Source: Candidatus Bathyarchaeota archaeon (GTDB lineage: Archaea > Thermoproteota > Bathyarchaeia > Bathyarchaeales > Bathycorpusculaceae). Taken from it: a stretch of 64,000 bases of DNA. Location of the stretch: NCBI GenBank assembly GCA_963811105.1, contig CAWEPZ010000009.1:32001-96000 (forward strand). Direction: 5' to 3'. A model generated the notes under the pieces. It was not told where the DNA came from. It saw nothing but the letters and a program-made list of their open reading frames with translations, and did not search any database. Positions 40,489 to 51,082 of this stretch are shown here, piece after piece. How positions within the stretch are numbered: the first letter of the stretch is position 1; every line of letters begins with the position of its first letter. Both the position numbers and the translations under genes were made by a program.

Positions 40489-41178
40489 GTGCTAACAATT
40501 ATGGCAGATTCAAACGGTTATTTCCTGAAAGTTTCAAACCTGAAAGTCCAGATTCAAAATGAAATAATCCTTGAAAATGTCCATTTTGAAATCAAAAAAG
40601 GAACCATTTTGGCTATAGTAGGACCCAACGGTGCAGGAAAAACCATGTTGTTTAGGACCTTGCTAAATTTGATGCCCTATACAGGAAAGATTGAATGGAG
40701 CGAAAAAGCCAAAATCGGCTACGTGCCACAAAACGTGAGCGTTAAAGATATTCCAATTTCAGTAAGAGAATTTCTTGCCTACAAAAAAGGATTGGACGTT
40801 GAAAACGTGTTAACCGCTGTAAGGCTTGAACCAGAAATAATGAACAAGACATTAAGCATTTTGTCTGGCGGGCAACTTCGCCGAGTTTTGGTGGCTTGGG
40901 CATTAATGGATGACCCGAACGTATTGCTGTTTGATGAACCCACAGTTGGTGTCGACATAGGCGGGGAAGAATCCATTTTTTCAACGTTGAAGGATTTGAA
41001 GGAAAAAAAGAATATGACTATACTGCTCATTACCCACGATGTCCACCTAGTTAGAGAGTACACTGACCAACTGCTTGGATTAAACAAATGTACAACTTTT
41101 TTTGGTGACTCACAGCAGATAGCTGAACCCTCATTACAGGAAAAAATTTATGGTGAAAGAGTGTGCTTAGCACCTTAA
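40489..41178 (+). CDS. Zn/Mn-type metal ABC transporter ATP-binding protein
   Basis: GPNGAGKT, IGYVPQ, LSGGQ, LLFDEPT, ITHD. Confidence 0.9.
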   Translation: MLTIMADSNGYFLKVSNLKVQIQNEIILENVHFEIKKGTILAIVGPNGAGKTMLFRTLLNLMPYTGKIEWSEKAKIGYVPQNVSVKDIPISVREFLAYKKGLDVENVLTAVRLEPEIMNKTLSILSGGQLRRVLVAWALMDDPNVLLFDEPTVGVDIGGEESIFSTLKDLKEKKNMTILLITHDVHLVREYTDQLLGLNKCTTFFGDSQQIAEPSLQEKIYGERVCLAP

Positions 41179-41197
41179 AAGGAGCAAGGTCGAAGCG

Positions 41198-41986
41198 ATG
41201 ATTGATACTGTAATCTACAGTCTAATAGTGGGTATAGCGGTCGGGTTTTCTGCAGGTTATTTAGGGTCAGTTATGGTTCTTGAAAAAATGGCCCTAGTCG
41301 GTGACGCCATGTCACATGTTGCTTTGCCCGGTCTCGCATTAGGGGTTTTGCTGGGTTTTAATCCGATCCTCGGAGGTTTCGTGTTTCTATTTGTATCCGC
41401 TGTACTAGTTTGGTATTTAAGTAGAGTTACAAAGCTATCTTTTGAAACCTTAGTTGGCGCCGCTTTCACATTGGCGTTGGCAATAGGCATTCTGCTTTAC
41501 GGCGACAGGTTGGATGCTCTTGAATCAGCCCTTTTTGGTGATATAACTAAGGTAGGTTTGATTTACGCCGTTTTTTCGGTGATAGTAGCTGCGGTTATTG
41601 TTTTTCTGACGCATTTAATTTACAAGAAAATAGTGTTAAGTTTAATTTCTGACGAATTAGCCAAATCAAAGGGGATAAACACAGCCCTCACAAACCTACT
41701 GTACCTGCTGCTTGTATCTGTTACAGTAGCAATAGGCATACAGGTGACCGGCACATTGCTAGTCGGTTTTCTTGTGGTAACGCCTGCTGCAGCCTCCCGC
41801 ATCATAAGTGGTAATCTGTCAAAGTACTTTACTCTTAGCGCAATCTTTGGAGCAGTCTCCGCAGTGTCCGGAATAATCCTATCAACAGAACTGAATATTC
41901 TTCCTGGGCCTCTAATAGTCATTTCAGGAGTAGCAATCTTTGTTATAGTTTTAACATATAGATGGCGCAAAAAAATAATGGTGTAA
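41198..41986 (+). CDS. Zn/Mn-type metal ABC transporter permease (ABC-3)
   Basis: GDAMSHVALPG, LFGDI, VTPAAAS. Confidence 0.9.
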   Translation: MIDTVIYSLIVGIAVGFSAGYLGSVMVLEKMALVGDAMSHVALPGLALGVLLGFNPILGGFVFLFVSAVLVWYLSRVTKLSFETLVGAAFTLALAIGILLYGDRLDALESALFGDITKVGLIYAVFSVIVAAVIVFLTHLIYKKIVLSLISDELAKSKGINTALTNLLYLLLVSVTVAIGIQVTGTLLVGFLVVTPAAASRIISGNLSKYFTLSAIFGAVSAVSGIILSTELNILPGPLIVISGVAIFVIVLTYRWRKKIMV

Positions 41987-42010
41987 TAAATTAAGGAAAA
42001 GTTGAGTTGC

Positions 42011-42583
42011 CTAGTAGTTTTCAACCCAAACTTCAAAGAACGCTTTCGGATGAGCACATACTGGACATTTGTCTGGTACTTGCGTTCCTTCGAAGACGTA
42101 ACCGCAGTTTCTGCATTTCCACTTAATCGGCTGGTCTTTCTTGAATACTTTGTCTTGCGTTACGCTTTCAACCAGTTTATTGTATCTGCGTTCATGATAA
42201 GCTTCGACTTTTCCAACCATTCGAAATGTTGCAGCAACATCTGCAAAACCTTCCTGTTCAGCAACCTCTGCAAAGTTAGGATAAAGTGTGCCCCACTCAA
42301 GCTTTTCACCTGCAGCTGCCGCTTTTAAGTTGTCAACTGTTGAACCGATTACGCCTGCCGGATAAGAAGCTCGGATTTCAACTATTCCACCTTTAAGGTG
42401 GTTAAAGAAAAGCTGTGCATGTTCTTTCTCATTGCCTGCTGTTTCCTCGAAAATGGCGCCGATTTGTTCATATCCTTCTTTTCGTGCAACGCTGGCAAAA
42501 AATGTATATTTATTTCTTGCTTGTGATTCTCCCGCGAATGCTGCTAGGAGGTTCTTTTCTGATTGGCTACCTACAAAATTCAT
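42011..42583 (-). CDS. rbr: Rubrerythrin
   Basis: AFAGESQARNKY, NEKEHA, EAYHE, WKCRNCG...CPVCAHP. Confidence 0.95.
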   Translation of the reverse strand: MNFVGSQSEKNLLAAFAGESQARNKYTFFASVARKEGYEQIGAIFEETAGNEKEHAQLFFNHLKGGIVEIRASYPAGVIGSTVDNLKAAAAGEKLEWGTLYPNFAEVAEQEGFADVAATFRMVGKVEAYHERRYNKLVESVTQDKVFKKDQPIKWKCRNCGYVFEGTQVPDKCPVCAHPKAFFEVWVENY

Positions 42584-42695
42584 TTTCTTTGCTCCTAAGT
42601 AATAAACTTAGAAACGCAAAATAAAAGTGTTCCCAGTAAACTATTCAGGTCGATGTATACGCTTTTATCTTGCTTGAACTTTAGTACCTTTTGCC

Positions 42696-42771
42696 GGATG
42701 ATGAAAAGGCATTAGCTAGACTAATCTGGATGATAGCTCAGAGTTACTCGGACGGCAACGAAGTGCTGACC
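42696..42771 (+). ncRNA. Candidate box C/D sRNA
   Basis: GG-ATGATGA (box C, 42698) ... CTGA-CC (box D, 42766); internal CTGG/ATGATA as degenerate D'/C'; TTTTAT about 30 nt upstream and a T-run downstream. Confidence 0.45.
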
Positions 42772-42994
42772 AAAAATAGTTTTTCTTCTCTTTACCCCTT
42801 TAAATCTTTTTTAAGTCTATTGGGTCATATTTACCCTTAGACTCCTCTACCCGAAGATTGTAAGACAAAATCATCCGTAGAAAAATTTTGAACGGACAAA
42901 AAGTTCAACTACCGGATAATTTAGCTATCATCCTGACTCGTTCGAGGCTTTTTTCTCAAAAATCTTGTAGAAGCATTTATTAATTCTATTTTTT

Positions 42995-43266
42995 ATGACT
43001 GAAACTATTGAAACCAGGGACAGACACTTAGTAATGTCACATGAAAAGAAACAAAGGCATGAAAATAAATTGCCAATTGTTTTTTGCGAATGCGGGGCAG
43101 AAATACTTGTTATTTCAGATCTAAATGAAATGGTAGGCTGTATTTTGAAACATATGCCACAGAACACAAAACAAATATAAAGAATCCTGAGGAAGCTGAA
43201 GCAGAATACTCTATAATCGAAGAGCTGTTAACCTAAAAAGTTTTGATTTTTATCGGAAATCGTTAA
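42995..43266 (+). pseudogene. Degenerate small CxCG zinc-finger protein gene
   Basis: LPIVFCECGAEILVISDL; after a frameshift near 43145 it continues ETYATEHK...EEAEAEYSIIEELLT*KVL. Confidence 0.5.
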
Positions 43267-43514
43267 TTCATGTATACCCGAAAATACCAGCGGATTCTCA
43301 ATGGAAATGGTACTTTAGTTGCAGCAGCTCGCTTCACAATAGATATTGCCTAACATTGCTAAGCGACCCACTGAAAGAGCAATTGGTGAACAGTCAATTT
43401 TTCATTTGAAAGTAGCCGCAGTTCCGACGCCTTAATCCTTTTTCCTTCTTTATGGCTTGATTGCGTATGCAACAGCATTCAACCGATAGTAATTCTTAAA
43501 AAGACATTGAAACA

Positions 43515-45170
43515 TTGTTTTACTCCATTCGCAAGGAAGAGAAAAATTTGGAATCGGGTTTGGGTACAAAAATAGTTCTAACAGCATCAGCTACGGAAAT
43601 GAGCGATTTCTGGAATAATCCTTTCATTGCTTTCGCGGGAGGCTTCGGAAAAGGCCCAATTCCACTTTCGTATGTCAGAAAAGCACTGTATCCACATTGT
43701 GGACGCAAAGCCGACGGGCAAGCAAAATTCGCACCCTACGGGCTAAGAAAAGTTGAGGCAATACTGCTTCAAAGTGGCTTTTCAGAAAAAGACATAGCAG
43801 TTGTACACCCTGACGATTTACAGGATTTCATAGGTCCAGAGACTAAAGTCGTAGGAATATCTTCAATGGATCCAACGGGCATGGGATATGTGAGCAAAAC
43901 CTACTCCTCAATCGTTGGAGGCGGAGAACCCATGAACGCCGTGGAATTCAAAAAACTCATCACGCATCCAAGCATAAAGAAATTCAAACCAAAAATTATT
44001 GTTGGCGGCTTCGGCTCATGGCAACTGGAACGGAATCATTCTTCAGACATTTATGGCGTGGATTGCGTGCTTCTCGGCGGAAGGCCAGAGCCAATTGTTG
44101 AAGTTTTCAGAAAAGCACTAAATGGTGAAGTTTTGCCCCGTATCGTCCACGCAGATGAGTCAATCAGCAACTGGGATTACAATTCTAAAATGCCTCTAAC
44201 AAGACATGCAGGCATTCATGGGGCTGTAGAAATTTCAAAGGGTTGCGGAAGGAATTGCCAGTTCTGTACCCCGACAATGCAGCACAAGGTGGATGTGCCC
44301 CTAGATAAAATAATGCAAGAAGTCGCTTTAACTATAGCGGAAGGCAGCGATCACATAAGCCTCATAACGGAGGATCTGTTCCTTTATGGCACGCAAGACA
44401 AAAGTTTTAGGCCAAACAGAGAAGCCGTCGTAAAACTTGTTAAGAGTGTGGCTGATTATCCGGGCGTTAAGAGCATTCAGGCTTCACACATGTCTTTAGC
44501 TCCTGTTTGTAATAATCCCCAGATGGTAAAGGAACTTGCTGAGGTCCTAATAGAACGCAGTTGGTACTCGTTGGGGAAGGAAGCAATAATTACTGCTGAA
44601 ACAGGTGTAGAAACAGGCAGTCCTCGCTTGATGAAGAAGTACATGGGTGGCAAAATGTTGCCTTTTAAGCCTGAGCAATGGCAAGATGTAGTTACTAACG
44701 CCTTTGGAATCCTCAACGATAACAACTGGTATCCACTTGCCACATTGATTATTGGGCTGCCAGATGAAAAAGAGGAAGACATGTTACAAACCCTTGAGTT
44801 AATGGACAGACTCAAAGATTACAATGCATTTTATGTGCCTCTTTTTTTCGTCCCTCTTGAAAACTGCGTTTTAATGAATAAGAAAGGCGCTGAAATGGAC
44901 TCCCTATCTAAAGCCCGTTGGGACTTTTTCATTAAATGCTGGGAATACAACATTAAGATTTGGAAGCCAACTTTCCTCGAAAATCGGTTAACCAACCCGT
45001 TTATCTACAAAACTTTCGACCAAGTTATAATTCCATACTTCGGCAAAATTCTAGGTGCATATTATGGCTTAACACGCGGAGAAAAGAGTGAACAGCTAAA
45101 AAAGGCTGTCTGGACGCTAAGCATGCCTATATCTGAATCAAATCAGCGTAAAATGAAAAATAAGGTTTAG
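43515..45170 (+). CDS. Radical SAM protein with B12-binding-like N-terminal domain
   Basis: APYGLRKVEA, VVGISSMDP, CGRNCQFC, GVETGS, IIGLPDE. Confidence 0.88.
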   Translation: MFYSIRKEEKNLESGLGTKIVLTASATEMSDFWNNPFIAFAGGFGKGPIPLSYVRKALYPHCGRKADGQAKFAPYGLRKVEAILLQSGFSEKDIAVVHPDDLQDFIGPETKVVGISSMDPTGMGYVSKTYSSIVGGGEPMNAVEFKKLITHPSIKKFKPKIIVGGFGSWQLERNHSSDIYGVDCVLLGGRPEPIVEVFRKALNGEVLPRIVHADESISNWDYNSKMPLTRHAGIHGAVEISKGCGRNCQFCTPTMQHKVDVPLDKIMQEVALTIAEGSDHISLITEDLFLYGTQDKSFRPNREAVVKLVKSVADYPGVKSIQASHMSLAPVCNNPQMVKELAEVLIERSWYSLGKEAIITAETGVETGSPRLMKKYMGGKMLPFKPEQWQDVVTNAFGILNDNNWYPLATLIIGLPDEKEEDMLQTLELMDRLKDYNAFYVPLFFVPLENCVLMNKKGAEMDSLSKARWDFFIKCWEYNIKIWKPTFLENRLTNPFIYKTFDQVIIPYFGKILGAYYGLTRGEKSEQLKKAVWTLSMPISESNQRKMKNKV

Positions 45171-46067
45171 ACAGTTTCTTCCGTCATTTCTTTATTTTCG
45201 TCTTGTTTCTCAATTTCTAGCGGTTGCTCTTCTTCTTGAGCTAAATTAGTCTGTTCTTTTTCATCTGGATGCGGCGTTGATGGCTGGGGAATTTTTAGGA
45301 TTTTTCTTGCATGAGTGATATATCCTGTGTGTCCAGTCATCAATGTTTGGGGACGGGTTTTTCCGCGTTCCACTTGCATTGCGCGCATCATGCATTCGAT
45401 TGTTTCTATGAATACGAAGTTGTTTTCTTTGAGTGCTTCGGTCGTTTTCACAACCTGGTCTATGGTTGGGCTAAATGAAACTATTATGCCTGAAGGTCTC
45501 AAGGCTTCGTAAGCATGTGGAACAACAAGCCATGGAACCGCCAAATCCAAAATCACGGCGTCAACCTCTCTCTCTTCAATGCCCAAAGTCACGTCGCCAC
45601 TTTTCATTTCCACATTGCCGATAAGTTTTGAGCGTTCAAGGTTTTTGGCGGCGTTTTTCTGAAACTCACATCGCAATTCATAGGTGTAAACTTTGCCCGT
45701 TGAACCCACATAATGGGCTAATGCTGTAGTTAATGAGCCCGTTCCTGTGCCAGATTCTACAACGCGGCTGCCTGGTCCGATGCCGCTGAACATAACGATT
45801 AAGGCGGCATCTTTAGGGTAGATAATTTGCGTATTCCTGGAAGATTTCATAATATAATCGGTTAAAGCTGGCTTGAGGGTGGTGAAATAGATGCCTAGGC
45901 TGCTTTTGATGGGTTCACCGTATTCTTTGCCGATTAACTCATCAAGCTTCAAGTAGCCTTTGTGAGTGTGGAAGGTTTGTCCTGCCTGCATTTTTATCAT
46001 GTAGGTTCTTCGTGCGATCTAAGTAAATTAGTACGAAGTCGCCTTCGCTTATTTTTTGGTAAGCCAA
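45167..46067 (-). CDS. trmI: tRNA (adenine-N1)-methyltransferase; apparent 1-nt frameshift near 46016
   Basis: TQIIYPKD, ESGTGTGSL, DAVILDLAVPW, GHTGY. The N-terminus KISEGDFVLIYLD lies one frame off from ARRTYMIK. Confidence 0.88.
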
Positions 46068-46197
46068 CTGCTTTGCCTCTTGGAAGTGAAAATGCAGCTT
46101 GTATCATTTAAGCTTTGAAATTTAAGTGTTAAAGAGAATACGTCTCGTATAAAGAAAAATTCTAAATAAATAGCCACTTGATGGTTGCTTGGTTAAC

Positions 46198-46281
46198 ATG
46201 CCTTACAGTGAAAACTGTGGACTGCTGGTAAATCCGACTTCTAATTTCTGCAGAAGCTGTGGAGCCAACTCAAAAACTTGA
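46198..46281 (+). pseudogene. Truncated zinc-ribbon gene remnant
   Basis: MPYSENCG...NFCRSCGANSKT*; first Cys lost and early stop. Confidence 0.5.
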
Positions 46282-46517
46282 AATACACGGAAATGCAGCT
46301 CTCCAGGTGCCCAAACAACAACCCCTTCTCTCTCGATTGCGCCAACAGCAGTCGTTGAGCCATCAAAACCTCAAACGCTCACCCAATAGGCATTAACTGA
46401 AAGAATCTTCAACTTTATCATTGTCTACAAACAGAAAGCTATGTTAAACTCTCCAACTACCAGCAAAATAAATGTTTAACAAGGCCACTGATCAAGCTCT
46501 AGCTTTTGCTATGCTCT

Positions 46518-46796
46518 TTACTTTTCTTTTTCGTACTCTCCTACCATTCGCTTAAGCTTCTTCTCCATGTTCAGTTCATATTCGTGTTCTTTAACCATGG
46601 GAGGTAAAGTTTTCTGCTTAAACAACGTGTCTGGGGGAACGATGCGTTGTTCGCCTTTTTTAACGTTAGTTGCTTCGCCTTCAGTGCAATCCTCAAAATC
46701 TTCTTGAGCTTCCACAATCCAGTAACCTTCACTTTGCGTTACAACCTTAACCTTGTAAAGTCCTTTGTAATACTGAAATTCGCTCATGAAAATCAC
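46518..46796 (-). CDS. Hypothetical protein
   Basis: 92-aa ORF with protein-like composition and an upstream TATA-like sequence. Confidence 0.7.
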   Translation of the reverse strand: MIFMSEFQYYKGLYKVKVVTQSEGYWIVEAQEDFEDCTEGEATNVKKGEQRIVPPDTLFKQKTLPPMVKEHEYELNMEKKLKRMVGEYEKEK

Positions 46797-47129
46797 TAAG
46801 TAATAATTATCGTAAAACTAAATAAAGGCTATTGTTGAAGAGCAAAAACCGGTGCTTTGTAATGCCGCTTCGAAACCTCGAACATGTTCAAAATCTTTCC
46901 AACACCATCTAATTATTCAATCACTATAGTTTCCGATTTGGCGAAAGCTTCTTCGACTTTCGAAAAATCAATTCCTTATCATTACCTTCAAGAGCTGTAA
47001 CCTTCAAGTGCCCGTCGATGTGTAGTGCATCAAGCAAATCGTCATGTTTAATGAAACAATAGTCTGTGACTTTTTTTCTTGGCTGTTTTTCAGAACGTGT
47101 TGAGACGGTTAGATATCTGAGTTCCTAAA

Positions 47130-47447
47130 CTATGCAGGATAGGCCGTCACATTGTAAGATACTCTATCTATTTTCGCCTCAACTTCTGCTTCTTGAAATT
47201 GTTGCCCAGTTATGTTGGTTTTAAGCATCATTAGCAACTGGTTCAAAATTATCCACAAATTCATGTGGCTTCTTGGTTCAGCGTCATGATTTCTAAAGTT
47301 ACCCTGGAAACGGTGGTTGCAATTGGAGTTTGAATCAGAAAATCGTGAGTACGTCCAGAACCGATAGTCTAATGACATACCAGAAAATACATCATCAATC
47401 TCTAGCGTCGCTCGATTGAAATTCTCAAAATCGATTTCTTCTAACAT
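47130..47447 (-). CDS. Hypothetical protein or gene remnant
   Basis: ORF only; no motif recognised. Confidence 0.3.
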   Translation of the reverse strand: MLEEIDFENFNRATLEIDDVFSGMSLDYRFWTYSRFSDSNSNCNHRFQGNFRNHDAEPRSHMNLWIILNQLLMMLKTNITGQQFQEAEVEAKIDRVSYNVTAYPA

Positions 47448-47494
47448 TTTTCTCTAAATTATGATAATAGTTGTCTTGTTTTCATCACTCGCTG

Positions 47495-49198
47495 TCAATT
47501 CGGAGTTTCGACATTTCTGCAGACTTTTGAAATAACCGAAATGATTGACCACATTGTGAAGATGCTAAACACTCTAGTGTACTTACGGGTACCTGCTTTT
47601 TTGACGGCCTCAACTTCTCCGCCAGCCCTCAGATAGCCCTCTATGAATGCTTTGGCAACTGCTTCTGCTTTGATGTTACCGTTTCCTAATGGTTGAATAT
47701 AATGTCCCGCATAGTACATGAAGACGGCAACGTCCCAAGCTCTATCGCCCTTTTCATCTTGCGATGCTTGTTCAAAATCAATCATGTACATAGAACCATC
47801 TTGTTTGACCAGCATGTTATCTGGCTTTGAATCCCCTAAAAGTATGTTATTGGAATGAACTTTAGCCATTATTTCTCCAGCCTGAGCAATTTTTGCTAAT
47901 TCAACTTCAAATTTCTCCCCGGGTGGCGCGGCGGAAACTCGCTTTATTATTTGACTGAGATTCTCTCCCTCTACAAACTCCATGAAAACCAAACGTTCAG
48001 TATTGCTAACGTGCAAAATTTTAGGAACATGAAATCCCTCACTACGTAATAACTCGTTTATTGCACATTCCTTAGCAAGCCTTGATTGAGCGCTAATGGC
48101 AAAGGGTCTTGCCCCAAGAGACCACACTGTCAAAGGAAACCATTTGAACCCAGACCAATCCTTAAACCGCTTAACCAACACTCGGTTCTCTTTACCGCCT
48201 TCTCTTACTTTAATCAAGTATACATCGTTTAGCATTCCGCCGAGAGGCTCAACTTCAATATCTCCGCTTTCATTCAAAAGCATTTTTTTCGCAAACCCTT
48301 TAATGTCTGTTTTATCGGATAGCGATGCTAAACCTGTTGAAGTTTGAAAGAACACGTATTGTTGTGGGTCCACAAACAAATATGGGTCTGGTTGTCTTCT
48401 CCAATTAATCTTTTGAGTTTTTAGAAAAGCTTCGGTGTTATGTGAAACAACGTTTATTAGCTGAGGAAAAGTGCCAAACAATGAGGAGAAAATGGTTCTT
48501 GGAACGGTTTTTGAAAGGTTGACTAATTTGATTATAGGGTTTTGACATTGAGCTAAGAATTCTTTTGAGATTTTAACGTCGCCTTCTGAAAAAATAATTT
48601 GCCCTTCTGCTTCAAGTTGACTCAACGCCTCTATATAGCCGCGAAGGAATTCAGTTTCATTTAATTTTAGTCCATTGATTAGGTTTGATGCTCCATAGGC
48701 GAGAAGAGGTGATAATCGGATTCGACTCAAAAGTACTTCATAAAGGAAATATGGGGGTCTGATTTGTAACCGATTAGTTAACTCAGGAAAACTTGAAGCT
48801 AAATTCTCAATTAGCTCTATAATTAATCGCTTCTTCAAGGCTACTTCTTTCTTATATAAGTAGTCTTCACCAAAAAGAGGTAAATAAGGAAAAATTAGTT
48901 TACTTGCAATTGCTTCTCCCAGAAGGCCATTTTCAATGTCTCGCTCGAAAATCCACTGATCAACTGCAGTAACATAAATGGTTTTTTCGTTTACTGCCTT
49001 TATATAACTCATGAGTCTTGGCTGAAAATTTTGCATTATCACCATTATTTCAATTATTGTTTTTTCGTTAACTGGAGTCATTGAGTAATTGTCGACATGT
49101 GCTATCGCTGCGACTTTAGCGGAGCCGGCAATGTGTCTGCAGAAATCAAGGATTTGAATGTTCAATGCATTGTTTGCAGCGTTGATAGCTTGTTTCAA
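47495..49198 (-). CDS. Protein with C-terminal atypical kinase domain (Kdo/Bud32/RIO-like)
   Basis: LGGMLNDVY, VLVKRF, VPKIL, MEFVEG, LGDSKPDN, IDFEQA. Confidence 0.8.
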   Translation of the reverse strand: MKQAINAANNALNIQILDFCRHIAGSAKVAAIAHVDNYSMTPVNEKTIIEIMVIMQNFQPRLMSYIKAVNEKTIYVTAVDQWIFERDIENGLLGEAIASKLIFPYLPLFGEDYLYKKEVALKKRLIIELIENLASSFPELTNRLQIRPPYFLYEVLLSRIRLSPLLAYGASNLINGLKLNETEFLRGYIEALSQLEAEGQIIFSEGDVKISKEFLAQCQNPIIKLVNLSKTVPRTIFSSLFGTFPQLINVVSHNTEAFLKTQKINWRRQPDPYLFVDPQQYVFFQTSTGLASLSDKTDIKGFAKKMLLNESGDIEVEPLGGMLNDVYLIKVREGGKENRVLVKRFKDWSGFKWFPLTVWSLGARPFAISAQSRLAKECAINELLRSEGFHVPKILHVSNTERLVFMEFVEGENLSQIIKRVSAAPPGEKFEVELAKIAQAGEIMAKVHSNNILLGDSKPDNMLVKQDGSMYMIDFEQASQDEKGDRAWDVAVFMYYAGHYIQPLGNGNIKAEAVAKAFIEGYLRAGGEVEAVKKAGTRKYTRVFSIFTMWSIISVISKVCRNVETPN

Positions 49199-49560
49199 TT
49201 AGTCACCAGTAGTTTAGACATCATAGAATTAGCATTTAGGGGTATTTAAAAACAAGTTCGATGAGGCAGAAAAAGCGATTTTCAGAGAACTTACTGGAAT
49301 CTGAATAAATGGAGCCTTTCGCGCTTGAGATAGCAGTTCTCTAAATGTGTTTGTAGTGCTAATCTTCTGGTTGGTGAACTTTAACGGTCCTCTTCCGGAC
49401 ATATATTGAGTATTGAAATACAATAAACACTGACATAAAGTTGACACATAATGAAAGCATACGAAAACATAATGCATAACAAATAACGTGTAAAATTAAC
49501 ATAAGGTAAATAAATTGAAGCATTATCCAATTAATAGAGAACGCCTGCAGGAACAACTCC

Positions 49561-49893
49561 TTGTCTGAAACCTACAAAAAAGAAATTGTACAACACATAA
49601 TCAGAAACTTATTAGACATACAATTGCTACGCATCATCCAATCCCAACCAACATGGGGATACCACATAAAAAAGCAGGTAGAAGCCGATTTCAGCATAAA
49701 ACTGCGGCATGGCGCATTATACCCAGCGTTAAATGCTCTTGAACGAAAAGGCTTCCTTGAAAGCACAACACAACAAAAAGGGAGACGAGTACGGAAGGTT
49801 TACGCAATTACAGAAAACGGCAAAGCATATTTGCAGGTGTACTACAGCATACTAAGGGCCCAACTTGGCAATGGGAACCTAAAAGCTAGTTGA
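49561..49893 (+). CDS. PadR-family transcriptional regulator
   Basis: WGYHIKK, GALYPALNALERKG, RKVYAITENG. Confidence 0.9.
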   Translation: MSETYKKEIVQHIIRNLLDIQLLRIIQSQPTWGYHIKKQVEADFSIKLRHGALYPALNALERKGFLESTTQQKGRRVRKVYAITENGKAYLQVYYSILRAQLGNGNLKAS

Positions 49894-50001
49894 ACGTGAG
49901 TTTTCTAAGATTCTTCAAGACTTTGTTTTGTTCTCTGTCAAGAATGAATTGGCATAACAAAGCTTTTATTCTAAATTGAATGACAAAGACCAGAGGATAA
50001 A

Positions 50002-50667
50002 ATGATGACTCTTGAGACAAGCAAAGCCATAGGTGGAATCGGCGCAATACTTCTTATCGTTTCAGCTATAGCATTCTTTGCTCAACCATTTCTGGCATTT
50101 ATCGGCGTTGTAGGAATTATACTTATCTTGTTTGCTCTCCATGGTTTAGCCGGCTACTACAACGAAAGCGGCATATTCAGCAACGCACTCTACAGTTTCA
50201 TCGCTACAATTGTTGGAGCAGTTCTAACAGTTGCGGGCTTCGTTTACCTGTTCTTATACACTACAGTTTTTACCGGCATCACAACTGTTATCTACCCTGA
50301 CTTTCACGGTGACTGGTCAACGATTCCAAACTTAACAGCCAACACAAACCTTAACCCAAATGACCTAGTACCTTTTGTTGGTACGATCCTTTCTGTTCTG
50401 GCTATCACGTGGATATTTCTCATAATCGCATCTTTCTTCTTGTGGCGTTCACTAAAACGTTTATCATCAAAGTCAAATGTTGGGTTATTCTCCACCGCAG
50501 CTATCATAATGCTCATAGGCTCAATAATCCCCGGAATAGGCTTAGTAATAATGTGGTTTGCTTTCCTGTTGATTGCAATTGCATTCTTCCAACTAAAACC
50601 CCAACCGGAACCACCTCAACAGACAGCAGCACCTATCCTTCCACCATCAATGCCTACACCAGTCTAA
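50002..50667 (+). CDS. DUF996-like membrane protein
   Basis: GGIGAILL, LAGYYNESGIF..AL, IAIAFF; Pro-rich tail. Confidence 0.75.
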   Translation: MMTLETSKAIGGIGAILLIVSAIAFFAQPFLAFIGVVGIILILFALHGLAGYYNESGIFSNALYSFIATIVGAVLTVAGFVYLFLYTTVFTGITTVIYPDFHGDWSTIPNLTANTNLNPNDLVPFVGTILSVLAITWIFLIIASFFLWRSLKRLSSKSNVGLFSTAAIIMLIGSIIPGIGLVIMWFAFLLIAIAFFQLKPQPEPPQQTAAPILPPSMPTPV

Positions 50668-51082
50668 ATAAACAAAACTCTTTTTCTATTTTTCATTTTC
50701 ATTTTAAATGATAGATCCTGATTTTCTCAACTCTTCTATTTCGTTTAAGAGATTTTATATTGGTCAATTTTAGGTTATACTCAAACTAACAGTACCACGA
50801 TTAAGATACCCAACAATTATCAAAAACAAAATTCCTAATAGAGCAAACGAAACCTGTGCTTTTTAAAATAGATGAGAATGTAACAGGCTTTGAATTATGC
50901 CATCTGTTGAACTTGAAAACTGTAGCCTTACAGCTGTTATCGTTTGGATATCAGATGTTATAGGCGTTTGGAATGCGACCGAAAACACTTGCTCCTTAAG
51001 GTGCACATCAATCGCAACTTACTACCGAGCCTGTCAGTTTGTTATAACCTGACATTGGTCCGGCGTCTTGAATAGCTTAATT

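Noticed and set aside
51000-51010. GGTGCACATCA match to the 57154 motif
   Set aside because: Isolated 11-mer with no adjacent promoter or gene start; may be chance.
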